Shown: positions 62,251 to 64,000 of the stretch, piece by piece
Position numbering within the stretch: the first letter of the stretch is position 1
Layout: each line of letters starts with the position of its first letter
NCBI GenBank assembly: GCA_937864005.1
Contig: CALMIL010000025.1
Span: 2,162 to 66,161 of the forward strand
DNA from: an uncultured Burkholderiales bacterium
GTDB lineage: Bacteria; Pseudomonadota; Gammaproteobacteria; Burkholderiales; Burkholderiaceae_C
Reading direction: 5' to 3'
Length of the DNA: 64,000 nt
Translations under genes and position numbers: made by a program
The notes under the pieces: model-generated
What the model was told of the DNA's origin: nothing
What the model saw: only the letters and a program-made list of their open reading frames with translations
Databases searched by the model: none

Positions 62251-63519
62251 TCAAAGATAGACACGAAGCACGACCTGCAGTGTTTGCTGTTGCGGCACGC
62301 TGTAGTACACCGACCCGGGCCGCCCGCTGAAGACCTGCCACTGCAGCGCCAGTTCGGCGCGCTCCCACGCATAGCGGCCCTCGAGCCAACCGGCGCGGCT
62401 GCTCGTCTCCATGTCGTGGCGCAGGAAGCCCGACACGTCGAGCCGGCGCACGAACACGTCCTTCCAGATGGCATAGAAGAACCATTGGCGCCGCGTCGGC
62501 AAGTCCTGCAACGCCTGCGCGGTGGCAAGCACCTGCTGTTGGGCGTTGCCGGGCAGCGCGCGCCACTGCGCATCGTCAGGCGCGGCGCTGCTGTACTCGG
62601 CTTCGGCGGTGAGGCTGAGGTTGAACGCGGTGGTGTAGGTCAACCCGACCGAGGCGCGCTGCTGGTCGGTCCGCGCCTCGGGCAAGGCGAGCGCCTGCGC
62701 GACGAGCGAGATGCCCTTGCCTGCCGAGACTTCGCCATACACCACCGCCGCGTCGCCGATCAGCGCCGAGAGGTTCAGGCCCGCCTGCGCCGGTATGTCG
62801 TCGCCGCCATAGGCCAGCAGTTGCGGGCTGAACTTGTCGCTCACCTTGACGCTGCCGGCCAGCAGCCAGCGGTTGCTCGGGTTGGTGGCGCCGGCATTCA
62901 GCGCGAAAGTGGCGCTGTCGGCCGAGCGCGCGAGCCGGGGCGAGAAAGCCGCCGTCACGGCCCCTTTGCTCCACAACTGCTGCGCCTGCACGACGACCGT
63001 GCCCTGGCGGTTCTCGCGCAGCACGGCGGGATCCGGGTTGACGATCGCGCGCAACGCGTTGGCCTTGAACCAGTCGGTCGGATTGAACCCCATCGCGGCG
63101 CCGTTGCGGATGTTGACGCGGCCGAGGTCGAAGATCTGGTCTTCCGTGCGGGCCCAGCTCAGATACGCCTCGCGCAGCGTGTTGACGTTCTCGCCGGGCG
63201 GAACGCCTTCGCTGTGGACGAGGTCGAGACGGTCGGAGAACACAACGCGCAGACCCTTCGTCAGCGTCGTGTCGAACCTGAGGTCCGCCGACCCGCGCGC
63301 GATGCCGAAATGCGAGCCGGTGTCGCGCAGTTGGCCCTCGCCGCCGGCGCCTTCGACGAAGATGCGCCACTGCTGCGCCTGCTGCGCCGGCGCAGCGGGC
63401 GCCTTGTCGGCGAGCGTCAGCGCGTCGAGGTCGTCGGGCGGCGCGTCGGGTGCATCGGCGGCGCGCGCCGGCAACATGGCGGCGAGCGCCAGGCACAGTG
63501 TGATGGCGGCGGGGCGCAT
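62251..63519 (-). CDS. Putative outer-membrane beta-barrel protein
   Basis: The ATG at 63519 gives the signal peptide MRPAAITLCLALAAMLPARAADA. It is followed by about 400 aa of alternating amphipathic strands (e.g. ASVGLTYTTAFNLSLTAEAEYS, AELALQWQVFSG) ending ...QVVLRVYL. No specific family recognised. Confidence 0.55.
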   Translation of the reverse strand: MRPAAITLCLALAAMLPARAADAPDAPPDDLDALTLADKAPAAPAQQAQQWRIFVEGAGGEGQLRDTGSHFGIARGSADLRFDTTLTKGLRVVFSDRLDLVHSEGVPPGENVNTLREAYLSWARTEDQIFDLGRVNIRNGAAMGFNPTDWFKANALRAIVNPDPAVLRENRQGTVVVQAQQLWSKGAVTAAFSPRLARSADSATFALNAGATNPSNRWLLAGSVKVSDKFSPQLLAYGGDDIPAQAGLNLSALIGDAAVVYGEVSAGKGISLVAQALALPEARTDQQRASVGLTYTTAFNLSLTAEAEYSSAAPDDAQWRALPGNAQQQVLATAQALQDLPTRRQWFFYAIWKDVFVRRLDVSGFLRHDMETSSRAGWLEGRYAWERAELALQWQVFSGRPGSVYYSVPQQQTLQVVLRVYL

Positions 63520-63521
63520 CG

Positions 63522-64000
63522 TCACTCCGGCTTGAAGCGCGGCAGGTAGTCGCGCTGGAACCAGGCGTCGGGCACCTCGCGCCACGCGTAGTCGCTGTAG
63601 CGCAGCACGGTGACCCAGGCGGGATCGAGCCCGTCGATGATGACGACCTCGGTCGGCCGCTCGCGGCCCAGTTGCGGCTGGTACTTGCGGTAGTACGCGG
63701 TCTTGAGCAGGTGCCCGCTCTCGGCAAAGAAGCGCGCCTTGATCGGCCGCGACGAAGCGGCATCGACCCACATCTCGACCCGGTGGTAGGTGACGTCGGG
63801 CGACACCGCGGCGAGGCCGAGCTTGTAGCTGCGGCGCGTTACGCGCTCGCCGTCGGCGACGTCTTCCTCGCCGAGCAACTCGGCCTTGTAATCCTTGGCC
63901 AGGTTGACGGTCACGACGTCGCCGTTCGACGCCTGCCCGAGCAGCCGCTGCTGCGGCGACAGGCGGATGCTCGCCTGGCTGGACGGGTCGTAGAACCACA
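63522..64000 (-). CDS. LolA-like outer-membrane lipoprotein-sorting-family protein, 3' part only (5' end beyond the window)
   Basis: The frame is open to the window edge: ...WFYDPSSQASIRLSPQQRLLGQASNGDVVTVNLAKDYKAELLGEE...VEMWVDAASSRPIKARFFAESGHLLKTAYYRKY... This pattern matches LolA-like 'lipoprotein-sorting' proteins as I recall them. The track M at 63914 is an internal GTG. Confidence 0.5.
   Translation of the reverse strand, partial: WFYDPSSQASIRLSPQQRLLGQASNGDVVTVNLAKDYKAELLGEEDVADGERVTRRSYKLGLAAVSPDVTYHRVEMWVDAASSRPIKARFFAESGHLLKTAYYRKYQPQLGRERPTEVVIIDGLDPAWVTVLRYSDYAWREVPDAWFQRDYLPRFKPE

Noticed and set aside
1-64000. Search for CRISPR arrays, rRNA/tRNA genes, transposases, integrases, phage genes and toxin-antitoxin or defence systems.
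   Set aside because: I saw no regularly spaced direct repeats, no RNA-gene signatures and no DDE, tyrosine- or serine-recombinase-like ORFs. The only repeat-like element is the 267-bp palindrome at 17553-17819.

Overview
High-GC proteobacterial DNA, betaproteobacterium-like by gene content (inference). Almost the whole window is one very large exopolysaccharide / exosortase-A (XrtA, PEP-CTERM) locus. I support about 53 CDS and found no rRNA, tRNA, CRISPR array, transposase or integrase.

Layout:
- 1-815 (-): 5' part of a multi-TM protein, probably the sensor kinase PrsK.
- 1192-2592 (+): priming sugar-phosphate transferase.
- 2722-6527 (+): translationally coupled cassette with a Tat-secreted protein, a PqqD-like protein, an HPr-kinase-related kinase, a nucleotidyltransferase and an S1 protease.
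- 6570-7934 (-): sigma-54 response regulator PrsR.
- 8391-26441 (+): canonical XrtA core operon. It encodes the export lipoprotein, chain-length determinant, BY-kinase, OM barrel, ExeA-like ATPase, deacetylase, FemAB-like protein, several GT4 enzymes, an XrtA-EpsI fusion, an AsnB amidotransferase and an O-antigen-ligase-like protein.
- 26539-31242 (+): tailoring module with an adenylate-forming enzyme, an alpha/alpha-toroid protein, a formyltransferase and an unknown protein.
- 31237-50775 (-): convergent accessory block. It encodes a double GT4, two Cys-less AsnB paralogues, a low-GC methyltransferase islet, GT2 enzymes, a sulfotransferase, a deacetylase, a GT14-like protein, a WbsX-like protein, an acyltransferase, a 698-aa orphan and a Wzx flippase.
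- 51075-53216: Sel1-SLT lytic transglycosylase and a beta-helix protein.
- 53294-61351: two giant paralogous O-antigen-ligase-like membrane proteins flanking a uronate epimerase and ugd.
- 61334-64000 (-): LolA-like / OM-barrel / Ala-Pro-rich protein operon.

Most interesting items:
- The uncharacterised PqqD / HprK-like / nucleotidyltransferase cassette.
- A 267-bp nested-palindrome element directly upstream of xrtA.
- A sulfotransferase inside the EPS block.
- The twin giant ligase-like proteins.
- A low-GC islet.
- A beta-helix ORF that has no stop codon of its own.

Limits: all family names come from motifs I recognise by eye, and no database search was run. Start codons are inferred. The ORF track shows alternative starts (GTG/TTG) as M, and I often moved starts to 4-nt overlap or RBS-supported positions. 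Many long ORFs in the track are antisense shadow ORFs typical of high-GC DNA and were not called.
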